DNA of 64,000 nucleotides from an uncultured virus (IMG/VR IMGVR_UViG_3300033553_000790). Its lineage: Duplodnaviria > Heunggongvirae > Uroviricota > Caudoviricetes. Under the pieces are notes generated by a model. The model searched no databases and was not told the origin of the DNA. It was given only the letters and a program-made list of their open reading frames with translations. The DNA lies in the IMG/VR virus record IMGVR_UViG_3300033553_000790. The stretch is one strand, 5' to 3'. Shown here piece after piece: positions 30,930 to 41,866 of this stretch; within the stretch, counting starts at the first letter, position 1; every line of letters starts with the position of its first letter. The translations under genes and the position numbers were made by a program.

Positions 30930-31922
30930 ATGACCTAGGTACAAACAAACAACAAATTATATGTAATCACCCACAACCAACTATCAGCAGGGGCTCAGAC
31001 CCTCCAAACGGCGCACGCTGTTGCTGATTGGATTGTGGCTAACCCAACAGAGTGTAAAAAATGGAAAGAAGATTCCAACTCCATTATTGCTTTAGCTACA
31101 AAAACAGAAGAAGAACTGTACGGCCTGTTAAAGAAAATAGATGAACAAGGCCACAGTTACACTATTTTTCGTGAACCTGACTTCGGGAATGCCATAACAG
31201 CTATCGCTGTGACCCCGGCTGGTAATAACAAGAAGCTATTCGCTAATCTCCCTTTAGCTGGTAAGATAACCGACTTAGAATATGAAAGTAGGAAACTAGC
31301 TGGCGAGCGAAAGAAACGAAAAGCTAGTTTCGATATGTTCAACACCGACCAAGCTGAAAGTCAGAACATAATGGAGCACGGAGAATCTGTCTACCGGCAT
31401 TACACTCAAATCAAAAAGCATATGGAAGGTAAAATAGATTTAAGTGACAACCCTTTCTGGATAATACCCGAATGGTTAAACGAAAATTTTTACAACATAT
31501 TGGAGAACTTACCGTCAGATTATGTCATGGAAAGATACTTGACACTCCATGATTGTGGTAAACCAGCCGTACAAATAACCGTGGATGGGAAGAAAAGATT
31601 CCCAGGTCACGCAGAAGCGTCAGCTGATATGTTCAGAACAGTTTTCTCTCATGATATGACATCTGAAAGCGACCAACTGATAGCACACTTTATTGAGTAT
31701 GACATGGATGTTCATATGCTAAAAGCAGATGATGTGGAGGAATTTGCTTTATCTGAGTATGCTATGACACAATTTATTGTTGCCTTATCGGAAATAATGG
31801 CTAATGCTGAAATGTTCGGAGGAACAGAATCTGTCAACTTCAAAATAAAATATAAAACCTTGAACCAGCGAGCTAAGAAAATGTTCAGAATTTTAGAAGA
31901 GAAGGTGCTGATAAAAGTTTAA
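30930..31922 (+). CDS. PTH2-like peptidyl-tRNA hydrolase fused to HD domain; amber codon at position 3
   Basis: ATG ACC TAG GTA... is in frame with the 31035 ORF and restores KLYVIT...GAQTLQTAHAVA; FREPDFGNAITAIA; HD part EHG...LHDCGK...GHAEASA. Confidence 0.8.
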
Positions 31923-31928
31923 TTAAAT

Positions 31929-32261
31929 TCAGTATGCCCTAACTACATCTAAATCAGCAGGGAAACCCTGGGAAGTGGCGAGTATTTTTCTACCAACCGT
32001 CATTTTCCAGGGAAGATCCTGCTCAATGAGGAAGCGTTTGGTGTCTAAATAGTTGACAACTTTAGAATTCAGCATCCTCAAAGTATCATACGTCCCAGGA
32101 CATATGTCGGTATCAACCACTTCATTTAGAGTAAGTAGAGTGCCGTCTGAGCCTTGAGAAGAACCAAAATTAGCCTGTTTGAATAGCTCTTCAACTTTTC
32201 CCTTGTTCTCTACAAACAAGGTAACACTATCGAAAGAAGATACTAGCTGTATTGCGTACAT
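31929..32261 (-). CDS. hypothetical protein
   Basis: AGGAG RBS. Confidence 0.55.
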   Translation of the reverse strand: MYAIQLVSSFDSVTLFVENKGKVEELFKQANFGSSQGSDGTLLTLNEVVDTDICPGTYDTLRMLNSKVVNYLDTKRFLIEQDLPWKMTVGRKILATSQGFPADLDVVRAY

Positions 32262-32402
32262 GGGGGCTCCTATTTATTGTTGTAATGTTCAGATATTCTC
32301 TAACGTATCTTAAATAGCCCATGCCCATAATCTTGCTTTTACATAAAAAGTATGATACTATTTACAATAATTAAAATATACACAAAGGACCAGGAAACAT
32401 AT

Positions 32403-33242
32403 ATGACCAGCTTAAGTAACAAAAATAATTTACCAGATAACTTCATGCTTGTTAGGCATGGGCTGTCTGAAGCTAACATATTTCAGAAAGGCCAGTTCCC
32501 TAACGGAGCGAAACTTGAGGTAGTTCCTGAGGAATTCGGTACGCGCCATGACAGCCTGATGCGTTTATCTCAACACGGAACTGAGCAAGCCGAAGCTGCC
32601 GGAGTTTGGCTGAAAAACTGGCTCGAAGCTAACAGTATGGCTAACTTCGAAAGGTTCTATGTTTCCCCGCACCTTAGAACAAAAGAAACAGCGGCCCACT
32701 TAGGGTTAGGTGGGGAATGGCGAGTGGATGACCGCCTCCGTGAACGCGACTGGGGTTTGCTAGCTCCGCTCAGTAAAGAAGTCCAAGATACTGACCACAA
32801 AGCTGTAATGGCTTTGAAGAAACAAAACGAATGGTACTGGCAGCCGCCGTCAGGAGAATCTTTAGCCACAGGCGTAAGAACACGGTTCACACAGCTCATG
32901 GATTCTTTATACAGGAAGCCCGCCGCTGGCAGTATCATTGCCGTGACCCACGGTGAGCTAATCCGCACAGCACAATTCGTTCTAGAGCGTATGACCCCTC
33001 AACAGTGGCTTAAAATGGACAGTAGCGGCGATTACAGAATAAAGAACTGTATGATACTCCATTACACGCGAGTTAACCCGGTAACAGGTGAAAAATCAGA
33101 CCGATACACCCACAGGCGCGCTATCTGCCCGTGGAATTCAGACTTCTCATGGAATGGTGAACAATGGAGTGAAATTGAATATAAGCTCTACAGTGACAAG
33201 GAGTTACTTAACAGTTTAGAGAAATATCCTAGATTACTTTAA
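32403..33242 (+). CDS. histidine phosphatase (phosphoglycerate mutase family)
   Basis: LVRHGLSEAN, SPHLRT, LRERDWG, GES, VTHGE. Confidence 0.88.
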   Translation: MTSLSNKNNLPDNFMLVRHGLSEANIFQKGQFPNGAKLEVVPEEFGTRHDSLMRLSQHGTEQAEAAGVWLKNWLEANSMANFERFYVSPHLRTKETAAHLGLGGEWRVDDRLRERDWGLLAPLSKEVQDTDHKAVMALKKQNEWYWQPPSGESLATGVRTRFTQLMDSLYRKPAAGSIIAVTHGELIRTAQFVLERMTPQQWLKMDSSGDYRIKNCMILHYTRVNPVTGEKSDRYTHRRAICPWNSDFSWNGEQWSEIEYKLYSDKELLNSLEKYPRLL

Positions 33243-35381
33243 GCCGGTTTCTTTAAGCCAGCGTACTTTCCCAGCATCCCAGATGCGAGGAATTCCGTTA
33301 AGCGCAGCTAACTCCTTCTCTGTCATCCCTTCTTCATAATTCAAATTAGGGTCATTCCTAAACCTTTTAATTCTGTAACCAAACTTATGGTTACGCTTAC
33401 CTTCACTTATGTACATGTAATCAGGCGCTAAATTCTCATCTAAAGTGAAACCATTATTTTCGTATAGTCCACCATCACTCACAGTGTTGTCAGAGAAAGT
33501 AACCCATTTCTTTATTCCGGGGATGTCTCTTTCAGCTTGTTTCATAAGTTTAGTGAAACCACCCGGAATACCAACACTAGTCGCATAACGCTCTATAAGC
33601 CATTTACCTTCATCACCCGTGCTACTGGCGGCTTTGATAACTAGGACAGCGACAAGCCCCTTCTCTGGGCTGGTAAGACCATAATATTTACTACCAGCAG
33701 CGGAGCCCTGAACGTGGTTAAGGTTCAAGAAATCTGAAGCTGTAGCATAATCCACTTTAACAGCATTAAGTTTCCTCGCCCCTATCCTTTCCGAACCGGA
33801 GGCCTTAAGTTTATGTAGCAACGAGCTCTTAATGAACTCTCCATTAGCTGACCAGTCATCCTCCCATATCTGGATTAACTGTATACCGAGATCCTTACAG
33901 ACTTTATATTTATTGTAATGATACCACTTGTCTTTACCCATAGCTTCGCTATGCCAATACAAACCGTTGAACTCTACAGCTAAATTCTTCTCAGGCAAAT
34001 GAATATCCAACTCACCTTTAATGACATCCCGAACTGACTGTAAAATCTCAGTGTCAGGCAAAGCCTCTTTCAGATAAAGGAAAAGGTCCTGCTCCGCTTT
34101 GGAAATGCGATTAGAGCATTTAGGGCATCCGTGTTCAGCAAAAACGCGACTGTCTACATCAGTCCTCCATGTATGGTTCTTATTTTTACTACAAACCCAA
34201 TAGAACCTATCTTTAGAGCTAACACCTATGCTATGTGGATCTACATCATTTTTAACATAATCCCATTCTTTTAGAAGCCCTGGGAACCTTGTGGCGAAAT
34301 CGTTCACCCCGTTATCAACATAATACCCAGCACAGGTCGGGCATTTACCTAAAGTGCTGACCGGAGATTCCCATTTATGACCTTTCTCGCATAACCAGAA
34401 AACGTCTTTCCTCATACCTCTCGTATAGTTCTCCGGACCTTGCTCATTCTTGGTGTAATCCCAGCGGTCTTTTATTTCAGGGTTAGTTGTCAGGATGTCA
34501 TTAAACCCTTCCAAAACAACCCTGTTCCGGCAGACAGGGCATCTTTCCTGTGAGCCTGTTTTCCTCTCACGCGTAACATCACTAACCATAGCTGACCAAG
34601 AATGACCTGAAGCGCAGTGCCAATTGAGGGTAACACCGCTTTTAACTGTAATTTTATCTAAGTCAACATCCGGGTTGTCTGTAGTTTTTAGCATCTCGAA
34701 GAGATGTGGGAGCCCCGAAGATAACAACTTACCTGTATTGTAAACTCTTGCTGAGCCGGGTTTCCGACCAGCGCAAATTGGGCATCCTTGATTATGGGCA
34801 CTGCGGTTATTGACTGAAGCAACCCACCCATGCCCGCAAGCTCCAACCCAAATAACTTTTTTCACCGAACCATAAGTAACCTCTTTAGGGGTTAACTCAT
34901 TTTTGTCAGACCATTCAGCAGCAAGCTCAGGATGAGTTGTTGCCAAATCATTAAAACCACGCAGAATAACACGGTTCGCGCAGACATCACACTTACGCCC
35001 CTTCACACGCGCTTTAACAGCGGCTTCCCATTCATGACCTAACTTGCAAACCCACAGCACTTCTTTCCCACTTATAGGAGTAACATCTGAAGCAGCCAGT
35101 TCATTATTCTTGGACCACTCAGCTGCTAATTCAGGGTGAGTAGTAGCTAAATCATTAAACCCAACAATTAACCTCCTACCCGAACACACAGGGCAAAGAT
35201 ATGTTTTACGAACCCTATCCCTCGCTGCTGAACTCCAAGTATGACCAACAGGACATAACCAATATATTTTCTTAGCTGAATTCAACGATATCTGACCAGG
35301 AGTTAAAGAGCCATTCAAAGCTGGGTGCCACTCTGAAAGCACCCCACCAGGGGCATCCTCATAAGTTAAGTCAGTAGACAT
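33234..35381 (-). CDS. free-standing homing-endonuclease-like protein with tandem zinc-ribbon repeats
   Basis: repeated W.C..GH.W.....R....CP.C units; ELDIHLPEKNLAVEFNGLYWHS nuclease core; WEDDW. Confidence 0.75.
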   Translation of the reverse strand: MSTDLTYEDAPGGVLSEWHPALNGSLTPGQISLNSAKKIYWLCPVGHTWSSAARDRVRKTYLCPVCSGRRLIVGFNDLATTHPELAAEWSKNNELAASDVTPISGKEVLWVCKLGHEWEAAVKARVKGRKCDVCANRVILRGFNDLATTHPELAAEWSDKNELTPKEVTYGSVKKVIWVGACGHGWVASVNNRSAHNQGCPICAGRKPGSARVYNTGKLLSSGLPHLFEMLKTTDNPDVDLDKITVKSGVTLNWHCASGHSWSAMVSDVTRERKTGSQERCPVCRNRVVLEGFNDILTTNPEIKDRWDYTKNEQGPENYTRGMRKDVFWLCEKGHKWESPVSTLGKCPTCAGYYVDNGVNDFATRFPGLLKEWDYVKNDVDPHSIGVSSKDRFYWVCSKNKNHTWRTDVDSRVFAEHGCPKCSNRISKAEQDLFLYLKEALPDTEILQSVRDVIKGELDIHLPEKNLAVEFNGLYWHSEAMGKDKWYHYNKYKVCKDLGIQLIQIWEDDWSANGEFIKSSLLHKLKASGSERIGARKLNAVKVDYATASDFLNLNHVQGSAAGSKYYGLTSPEKGLVAVLVIKAASSTGDEGKWLIERYATSVGIPGGFTKLMKQAERDIPGIKKWVTFSDNTVSDGGLYENNGFTLDENLAPDYMYISEGKRNHKFGYRIKRFRNDPNLNYEEGMTEKELAALNGIPRIWDAGKVRWLKETGLK

Positions 35382-35550
35382 ACTGAACGTCCTATCTGGA
35401 ATATGGTAAAAGTATCAACAACAATTCTGGTTGATATATCGGAATCTTAACAACCCTAAATCAAATAAAAGATGAATGCTCTCCGATATAGAATAGTATC
35501 CTACAAAAAATCTGATACAATAGAGACCAATACGTAAAAATAAGGAATAA

Positions 35551-36513
<963 letters not shown>

Positions 36514-36515
36514 TT

Positions 36516-36968
36516 ATGGCTTTGGAAAAGAAGTTACCTATTTTAGTTATTTATGGCGATGAGGGTTGTCGTGAGGAGGCTGCTGCGGTAGCTAAGCGTT
36601 TCATTTATCGTAAACAGATACATGATAACGCTCCACCTTCTGCTGCTATGTTACCTTTTGTTTATGTTGATGTTGATTCTTCTGATGGGACTCATGTGAC
36701 TGAATTAGAGAATGAGTTCGGATTTAAGTTCAAGACTCGTGGCGATCTTACTGCGTATCATAATTTTAAGTTACCTGTTGCTGAAATTTTAGGCACTGAC
36801 GAATTGAACCTTTGGAGTGGCAGCAGGGACGATAAAGTTGAGAGCTTCGTTAAGTATTTGGATGATAATTTCAGCTCAGAAGGCACTTCAGGTTCAGATG
36901 AGTACGCTGGTTTCTGGTGGTGGGTTCAGGATGATACTGACTTCGGACATACCTTGTTTGTAAAGTAA
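36516..36968 (+). CDS. hypothetical protein, possibly degenerate redoxin fold
   Basis: VIYG..GC, LPV, WSG without CxxC. Confidence 0.45.
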   Translation: MALEKKLPILVIYGDEGCREEAAAVAKRFIYRKQIHDNAPPSAAMLPFVYVDVDSSDGTHVTELENEFGFKFKTRGDLTAYHNFKLPVAEILGTDELNLWSGSRDDKVESFVKYLDDNFSSEGTSGSDEYAGFWWWVQDDTDFGHTLFVK

Positions 36969-36971
36969 ACT

Positions 36972-37130
36972 TTATTCGTTATCTTTTTTCCACTGTTTTT
37001 CTTCTTTCCTTTTAGCGGATTTCTTAGCTGTCCTTCTTAGATTCTTACTGTTATGGCATGAACAACCGTCATAACACATACCTTTACCGTCATACGTACT
37101 GTTCTTATCGCTTTTGATCATTGATGACAT
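36972..37130 (-). CDS. small basic Cys-containing protein (52 aa, absent from ORF track)
   Basis: AGGA RBS; MSSMIKSDK...MCYDGCSCHNSKNLRRTAKKSAKRKEEKQWKKDNE. Confidence 0.5.
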   Translation of the reverse strand: MSSMIKSDKNSTYDGKGMCYDGCSCHNSKNLRRTAKKSAKRKEEKQWKKDNE

Positions 37131-37139
37131 TATCTTTCC

Positions 37140-37616
37140 TTACCATTTTACATCGTCGTCTCGTAACACTTTCCAGTTAGATTCTACTATTGGGACAGCC
37201 CAGTAATTAACAGTAGTTTGGCTACCACCTGAGTGGACTGTGGCTTCAGCTTCAACGATCACCATCTTGAAACCTTTTTTAGCGTCGTTGATGACCCTTG
37301 TATCAATGTTACTTGCGGATGAGGGGTTGAGGAAAACACCTTCCTCTGTCACCCAAGCATTTCCGTATTTACCTTGCACCCATTTACCTTTGATGACTTC
37401 ACCTTTTTCAAGGTCAAAAGGCACCCTGAACTCTGCTTTGCCATCATTTTCAGCTAATTCTGCACATAGCGCATATTTTTGTGCCATTGTGTCAGCCGCC
37501 CACTGAGACATGAAGCCATCAGTGTCGCTTCTTTCATAAGAGTCCGCTGAGCGTTGCCTTGAAGCGGCTGAGCTGTTACGCCATTCAGCTGCTGTTTTAC
37601 CTTGAAATTTTCCCAT
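37140..37616 (-). CDS. hypothetical phage protein
   Basis: SYERSDTDGFMSQWA motif; AGGAG RBS. Confidence 0.6.
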   Translation of the reverse strand: MGKFQGKTAAEWRNSSAASRQRSADSYERSDTDGFMSQWAADTMAQKYALCAELAENDGKAEFRVPFDLEKGEVIKGKWVQGKYGNAWVTEEGVFLNPSSASNIDTRVINDAKKGFKMVIVEAEATVHSGGSQTTVNYWAVPIVESNWKVLRDDDVKW

Positions 37617-37617
37617 T

Positions 37618-38412
37618 TTATTCTCCTTCTCCTACTATACCGTCACTACAAATCCACTCTTCGCGTTTCGTCTTAGGGTAATAAGTATATCGCGCATACT
37701 CCCCGCTGTCAAGCTCTTTGAATTTAACCCCGAAGTTATCTGACATTACGGGTCTCATGAGCGAAGATATATCTTTACCGGAAACGGAGGAGGCATTTCT
37801 GATTATAATTTTATTACAAGCCCACGCTCCGATAAGTGCGTGCTGGTTGTAATCACTACCTCCGTACTGGTCAGTTATCACTAACAGTCCAGCTAAAGCT
37901 GATAAAATACCTCCGGTGGGGGAAACCGCGAAATCTTCCCATGATAAGAAATCGCCTAAGTTTTTAGGATCTAATAAGTCCCCGTTAGTTTGGTTGAATA
38001 TTACATGGTTGACGGAACGCTCACCGAGTTTTTTAGTGTTAACGGAGGCGAAACCAGATTCGACGTTACCTGTTTTATATGAAAGGTGTCTAGCCCGTTT
38101 TGATACGTTAACCCATGAAGGGGATTTCGTGACAGCCCTGTATAGATCTGGTTGCCCACCTAGATCTTCGGCTACACTAAATTTTTCACGCCATGTCATT
38201 CCACCTGGGGCTTTAGCTTCAGCATCAGTGTAGTCGCCTAAAATAGCTAGTGTATCCCCACCCCAATCTCCACTTCCGATGAGGGCAACTATACCCGTCA
38301 TCATTCCGCAGGGGTTACTTCCGAATTCTTTAGCTTTAGCTAAGTCATTCATTTCGTGAGGGCTGATGAACTGTTTCTTATCTAAGTTAACTGCCGCGTA
38401 GTATTGCCCCAT
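37618..38412 (-). CDS. hypothetical protein with internal duplication
   Basis: MGQYYAAVNLDKKQFISP...W is echoed by NHVIFNQTNGDLLDP...GAW. Confidence 0.6.
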   Translation of the reverse strand: MGQYYAAVNLDKKQFISPHEMNDLAKAKEFGSNPCGMMTGIVALIGSGDWGGDTLAILGDYTDAEAKAPGGMTWREKFSVAEDLGGQPDLYRAVTKSPSWVNVSKRARHLSYKTGNVESGFASVNTKKLGERSVNHVIFNQTNGDLLDPKNLGDFLSWEDFAVSPTGGILSALAGLLVITDQYGGSDYNQHALIGAWACNKIIIRNASSVSGKDISSLMRPVMSDNFGVKFKELDSGEYARYTYYPKTKREEWICSDGIVGEGE

Positions 38413-38473
38413 CAGACATGCTCCTTATTATATGAGTATAAAATGCTCTAACGGACTGTCTGAATAAGGTAAA

Positions 38474-39286
38474 CTATTTTTTGGTTGGCAAAGTCGCATA
38501 CTGCGCAGATTTTTTCACGTCATCCGGAGTCACAATGAGAGTATGTTTAGACATTTCAGCAGACCCTTCGTCAAGGCTTATAACCATACCGTAAGGCGCT
38601 GCTTTGTAAAAGTTGGTGTGATAATGACCGTGAACTATGAGAGATGGCTTAGCGGCGCTATAAACAGTGTCAAGTACTTTTCTATGGTCGTTAGATGAAA
38701 CGATGTTGCTCTCACCGAAGAAGCGGATACCGTTCATCTGGGAGATAGGGTCGTCCGTTATTGTGTTAGGTACACTGATAGGCGAATCATGCGTTATCAT
38801 AAGGTCTATTTTCCCTGCGCTTTTGGCATTGGCAACAGCTGTTTTCACATCCTGGTCGTTTATCAGCTCTTCAATCCACCAACTTTTCCCTGGAACTCTA
38901 CCATCTTTATCGACAGAGTAAGCTCCACCTAAAGCTAAAACGTTAAGACCTTGCCATTTGAAAACAAAACCTCTGGGCATGTGAAGAATATGTGGGGCTA
39001 TTTCCCGTAGACCATCTTTGTTGATTGGAAAACCATATAGTTTATTGAAATTCTCATGGTTACCATCAATAAAATAGCATGTTATACCAGCTGCTTTCAA
39101 ATCCCTTTCAAGCTTATGGATGAACTTATCCCCCTCATTGCCTTGCCATATACCGAAATCGCCAACCTGGATTATTGTTTTAATATTATTCTTAACGGCA
39201 TGACGAACTACAGCTAAAGCCTGGCCGGTGAAACCGTGCCAATCTCCAGCGAAGAGAATTTTATTGTCATTCAAGCTGATCGCCAT
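38474..39286 (-). CDS. metallophosphoesterase
   Basis: GDWHG, VGDFG, DGNHE, GGAYSVD, THDSP, HGHYH. Confidence 0.88.
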   Translation of the reverse strand: MAISLNDNKILFAGDWHGFTGQALAVVRHAVKNNIKTIIQVGDFGIWQGNEGDKFIHKLERDLKAAGITCYFIDGNHENFNKLYGFPINKDGLREIAPHILHMPRGFVFKWQGLNVLALGGAYSVDKDGRVPGKSWWIEELINDQDVKTAVANAKSAGKIDLMITHDSPISVPNTITDDPISQMNGIRFFGESNIVSSNDHRKVLDTVYSAAKPSLIVHGHYHTNFYKAAPYGMVISLDEGSAEMSKHTLIVTPDDVKKSAQYATLPTKK

Positions 39287-39441
39287 GATACCTCTTCCTA
39301 ATTGGATTATGTTTTATCAACTATACCATATTCCACATCAAATAGCAAAACAAAATATTAGTTTAAGGTAATTATCTAACGATAGGAACACCCGCAGTAA
39401 AACTTTTCAACCAGTTCGTATAAATAAGGGAGTACAATAAC

Positions 39442-39672
39442 ATGTCAGTGTTTTTAACTATTGTAGGGCACGGGTACTCAACCGGCGATCCTGAAAGACT
39501 TCCCGACTTGCCAGCAGCGGTCGAAGAGTATGCTGTTAGGTTGAAAGACAACTACTACCCTTCATGGGAGAACGTTGTTTGGCAAGTCTGGGAGGACGCT
39601 GAACAAGAATACGGTTTAGGGCGTATCGTATATGACGAAGCTACAGATAAACCAGTTTTCTTACGTAATTAG
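39442..39672 (+). CDS. hypothetical protein
   Basis: GGGAG RBS. Confidence 0.5.
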   Translation: MSVFLTIVGHGYSTGDPERLPDLPAAVEEYAVRLKDNYYPSWENVVWQVWEDAEQEYGLGRIVYDEATDKPVFLRN

Positions 39673-39773
39673 AGTAGATAATTCTCAATAGATTCTCAGG
39701 GTAACCTCCATATGGCCACAATATGAGCGTGCCGATATCTTATACCACATAAAGGCGAGAGGTTTATCTTAAA

Positions 39774-40589
39774 ATGAGAGTAAAATTATATGCGGATTTA
39801 TCCCAAATTGTTAATAAGGGGAAAAGCAAAGGTGAAGCTTTCATAGAGGTACCGGTACCTGATAACATGAGGGTCAAACCATCAAAAGGTAGCGCCGTTA
39901 CTGTCTGGGATGATGATTACGATGTGAGTTACCTAGGTGAAGTTCTTGATGTAAAAATATCCGCAGAAGGTCAACCCGTTGCTGTTATTATGTTGGATTT
40001 AGCTACTTCAGGCACTGTTGATAGTTCCCAACCAGTTAAACGCAAAAAAAATAACATTGCTGGAATATTCGGCGTGTTCGTTGGGCTTTTAGCTAATGGC
40101 CTCTTCTGGTTCAATCCGTTAGGTTATATTTCTACAATATTCTCATCTGTCGCAAATAATGTTACAGGCGAAAGTATTTTTTTTGTAAATTTCTTATTAG
40201 ACAACGCCGCAGAGCCCACTATCCCTTACGTTGCTGACATCACTAACCTGCTTATTTTATTGGTGTTTCCTCTATTAGGTGCGGCTTTGATGCGTAGACA
40301 TTGGAGTAACAACGGCAGCACTTCTTTAGGGTATCATTTTGGCGGAGTGCTCAACACGCTTGCTGCGGGTATAGCAGGCTTCGGATTCTATGTAGCTTCA
40401 ATAACTTACCTTGTTATAAAAGGTATGAACGTAGTAAATTCGCTTGGTAGCTCACCGGCGACCGGCGACGCATCAAGCACATCCGATTCTTCCCACCTGC
40501 TACCTGTCCTCACTGTTGGGTTGGGCCTGTTCATCATAATTCCCGCTTTCTTAAATTTTGTTATCATGTATAAAGTAAATAAAAAATAA
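39774..40589 (+). CDS. multi-pass membrane protein
   Basis: about four hydrophobic segments. Confidence 0.6.
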   Translation: MRVKLYADLSQIVNKGKSKGEAFIEVPVPDNMRVKPSKGSAVTVWDDDYDVSYLGEVLDVKISAEGQPVAVIMLDLATSGTVDSSQPVKRKKNNIAGIFGVFVGLLANGLFWFNPLGYISTIFSSVANNVTGESIFFVNFLLDNAAEPTIPYVADITNLLILLVFPLLGAALMRRHWSNNGSTSLGYHFGGVLNTLAAGIAGFGFYVASITYLVIKGMNVVNSLGSSPATGDASSTSDSSHLLPVLTVGLGLFIIIPAFLNFVIMYKVNKK

Positions 40590-40668
40590 AACTTGCTAAA
40601 AACCAAATTATATGATACGTTAGGAAGAGTATTGGAAATCCAATAACATTTATTTTAAGAGGTAAAAA

Positions 40669-40950
40669 ATGGCAGCTACAGCAGAACCAGATATTGATAT
40701 AGCAACTGAAATTTTTGCGAACATAGATCTGAGTGACAAAGTTGATTGCTCCTACACGGACTGTGAGCAAGAGGCCACACATATGCTTCAATGCCCAGAA
40801 GACAGTTCGTGTGAAACTATGTGCCGTGAACACACGGAAGAGGCAGTTATGACTAAATTACTTATGCCTGATTTTCAGATAATTTTTGATAACACTTGCG
40901 GGCATACTCCAAAAATGGGTGACTGCGAGATTCTTCCTTTGGCTAAGTAA
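40669..40950 (+). CDS. small Cys-rich protein
   Basis: multiple Cys/His pairs; GAGG RBS. Confidence 0.55.
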   Translation: MAATAEPDIDIATEIFANIDLSDKVDCSYTDCEQEATHMLQCPEDSSCETMCREHTEEAVMTKLLMPDFQIIFDNTCGHTPKMGDCEILPLAK

Positions 40951-41021
40951 GTTAGCTCACTTCTAATGAATTTTAGATGCCGATATTGTGGTTCATAATG
41001 GGACCGACAAGGTAAGTCAAA

Positions 41022-41810
41022 ATGAAATATAAAAATATTCTCACAAGCGCGTTCGGTGCGATACTAATTGTTACTTTAACTGCCGGATGTAGCTCACAAG
41101 GGGACGCCTCCAACTCCTTACCAGCAGATGAGAGTACTATTTCTTCTGGAATACCTAGCCCTACTGCTTTCGTGGAAGAGACTAAAATCAAGTACCCCAC
41201 TTTCACTGAACAGCAAATACGCGATACGATAACACGACTGAATACCATGACTAACGAAGAGTTCTACCGGGAATCAGCTGAGAACAGGCTCCAATGGTGC
41301 TCCCAATATACGAACCAGATACCCCAACATATATCTGATTGGACTTCCGTTACGAATAGTCCTCTTGATGAGCTTCCCGCTGCTTCAGAGAATAACTCAG
41401 CACAAGAGATACTTATGATCAGTGGCTGGTATGACAAAGCTTCCCTCTCAGGCCTGAACCCCTTAGTGTTTAATGAAGACCCAGAAGTGATGGCATATGA
41501 GGAAGTCGCTACTGGTGATTACATACTGGGCGACCGTCAAAAAGTTTTGAACTGTAAATATTTCAAAGGTAATGACGAAAGAGCAACAATAGATGCGTCC
41601 TGGTTGAGCACAGTTGATCTGGGTTTCATTATGAATGATTATGCTGACAACTCCCCCGTTTCCACCTCTTCAGCAGCTGTGAAATTCAGCGAATCCCAAG
41701 GTTATGTTACCGCTAACGTAATAACAGACGCTGGCGATGACTTAGCGTTCATTCTCGTGCCATATGTTGATTACCTTGGTAACAACATGTTAACTTGGGA
41801 ACTGATTTAA
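41022..41810 (+). CDS. putative lipoprotein
   Basis: signal peptide with LTAGC lipobox. Confidence 0.65.
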   Translation: MKYKNILTSAFGAILIVTLTAGCSSQGDASNSLPADESTISSGIPSPTAFVEETKIKYPTFTEQQIRDTITRLNTMTNEEFYRESAENRLQWCSQYTNQIPQHISDWTSVTNSPLDELPAASENNSAQEILMISGWYDKASLSGLNPLVFNEDPEVMAYEEVATGDYILGDRQKVLNCKYFKGNDERATIDASWLSTVDLGFIMNDYADNSPVSTSSAAVKFSESQGYVTANVITDAGDDLAFILVPYVDYLGNNMLTWELI

Positions 41811-41866
41811 TTTTTTAATATTAAACTCTAATAAAAGTTCCAGATAATGGACGATATTACTATATT

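Noticed and set aside
30028..30940. ACCTAGGT as a DNA palindrome operator only
   Set aside because: Both copies place TAG in frame behind an RBS-ATG, and another copy at 39931 is out of frame inside a gene. A codon role is more parsimonious, though a DNA role is possible.
30930..31034. PTH2-HD as a simple nonsense pseudogene
   Set aside because: The remainder is intact, the same ACC-TAG-GT context recurs in the leader, and a CUA tRNA is adjacent. Not fully excluded without homologs.
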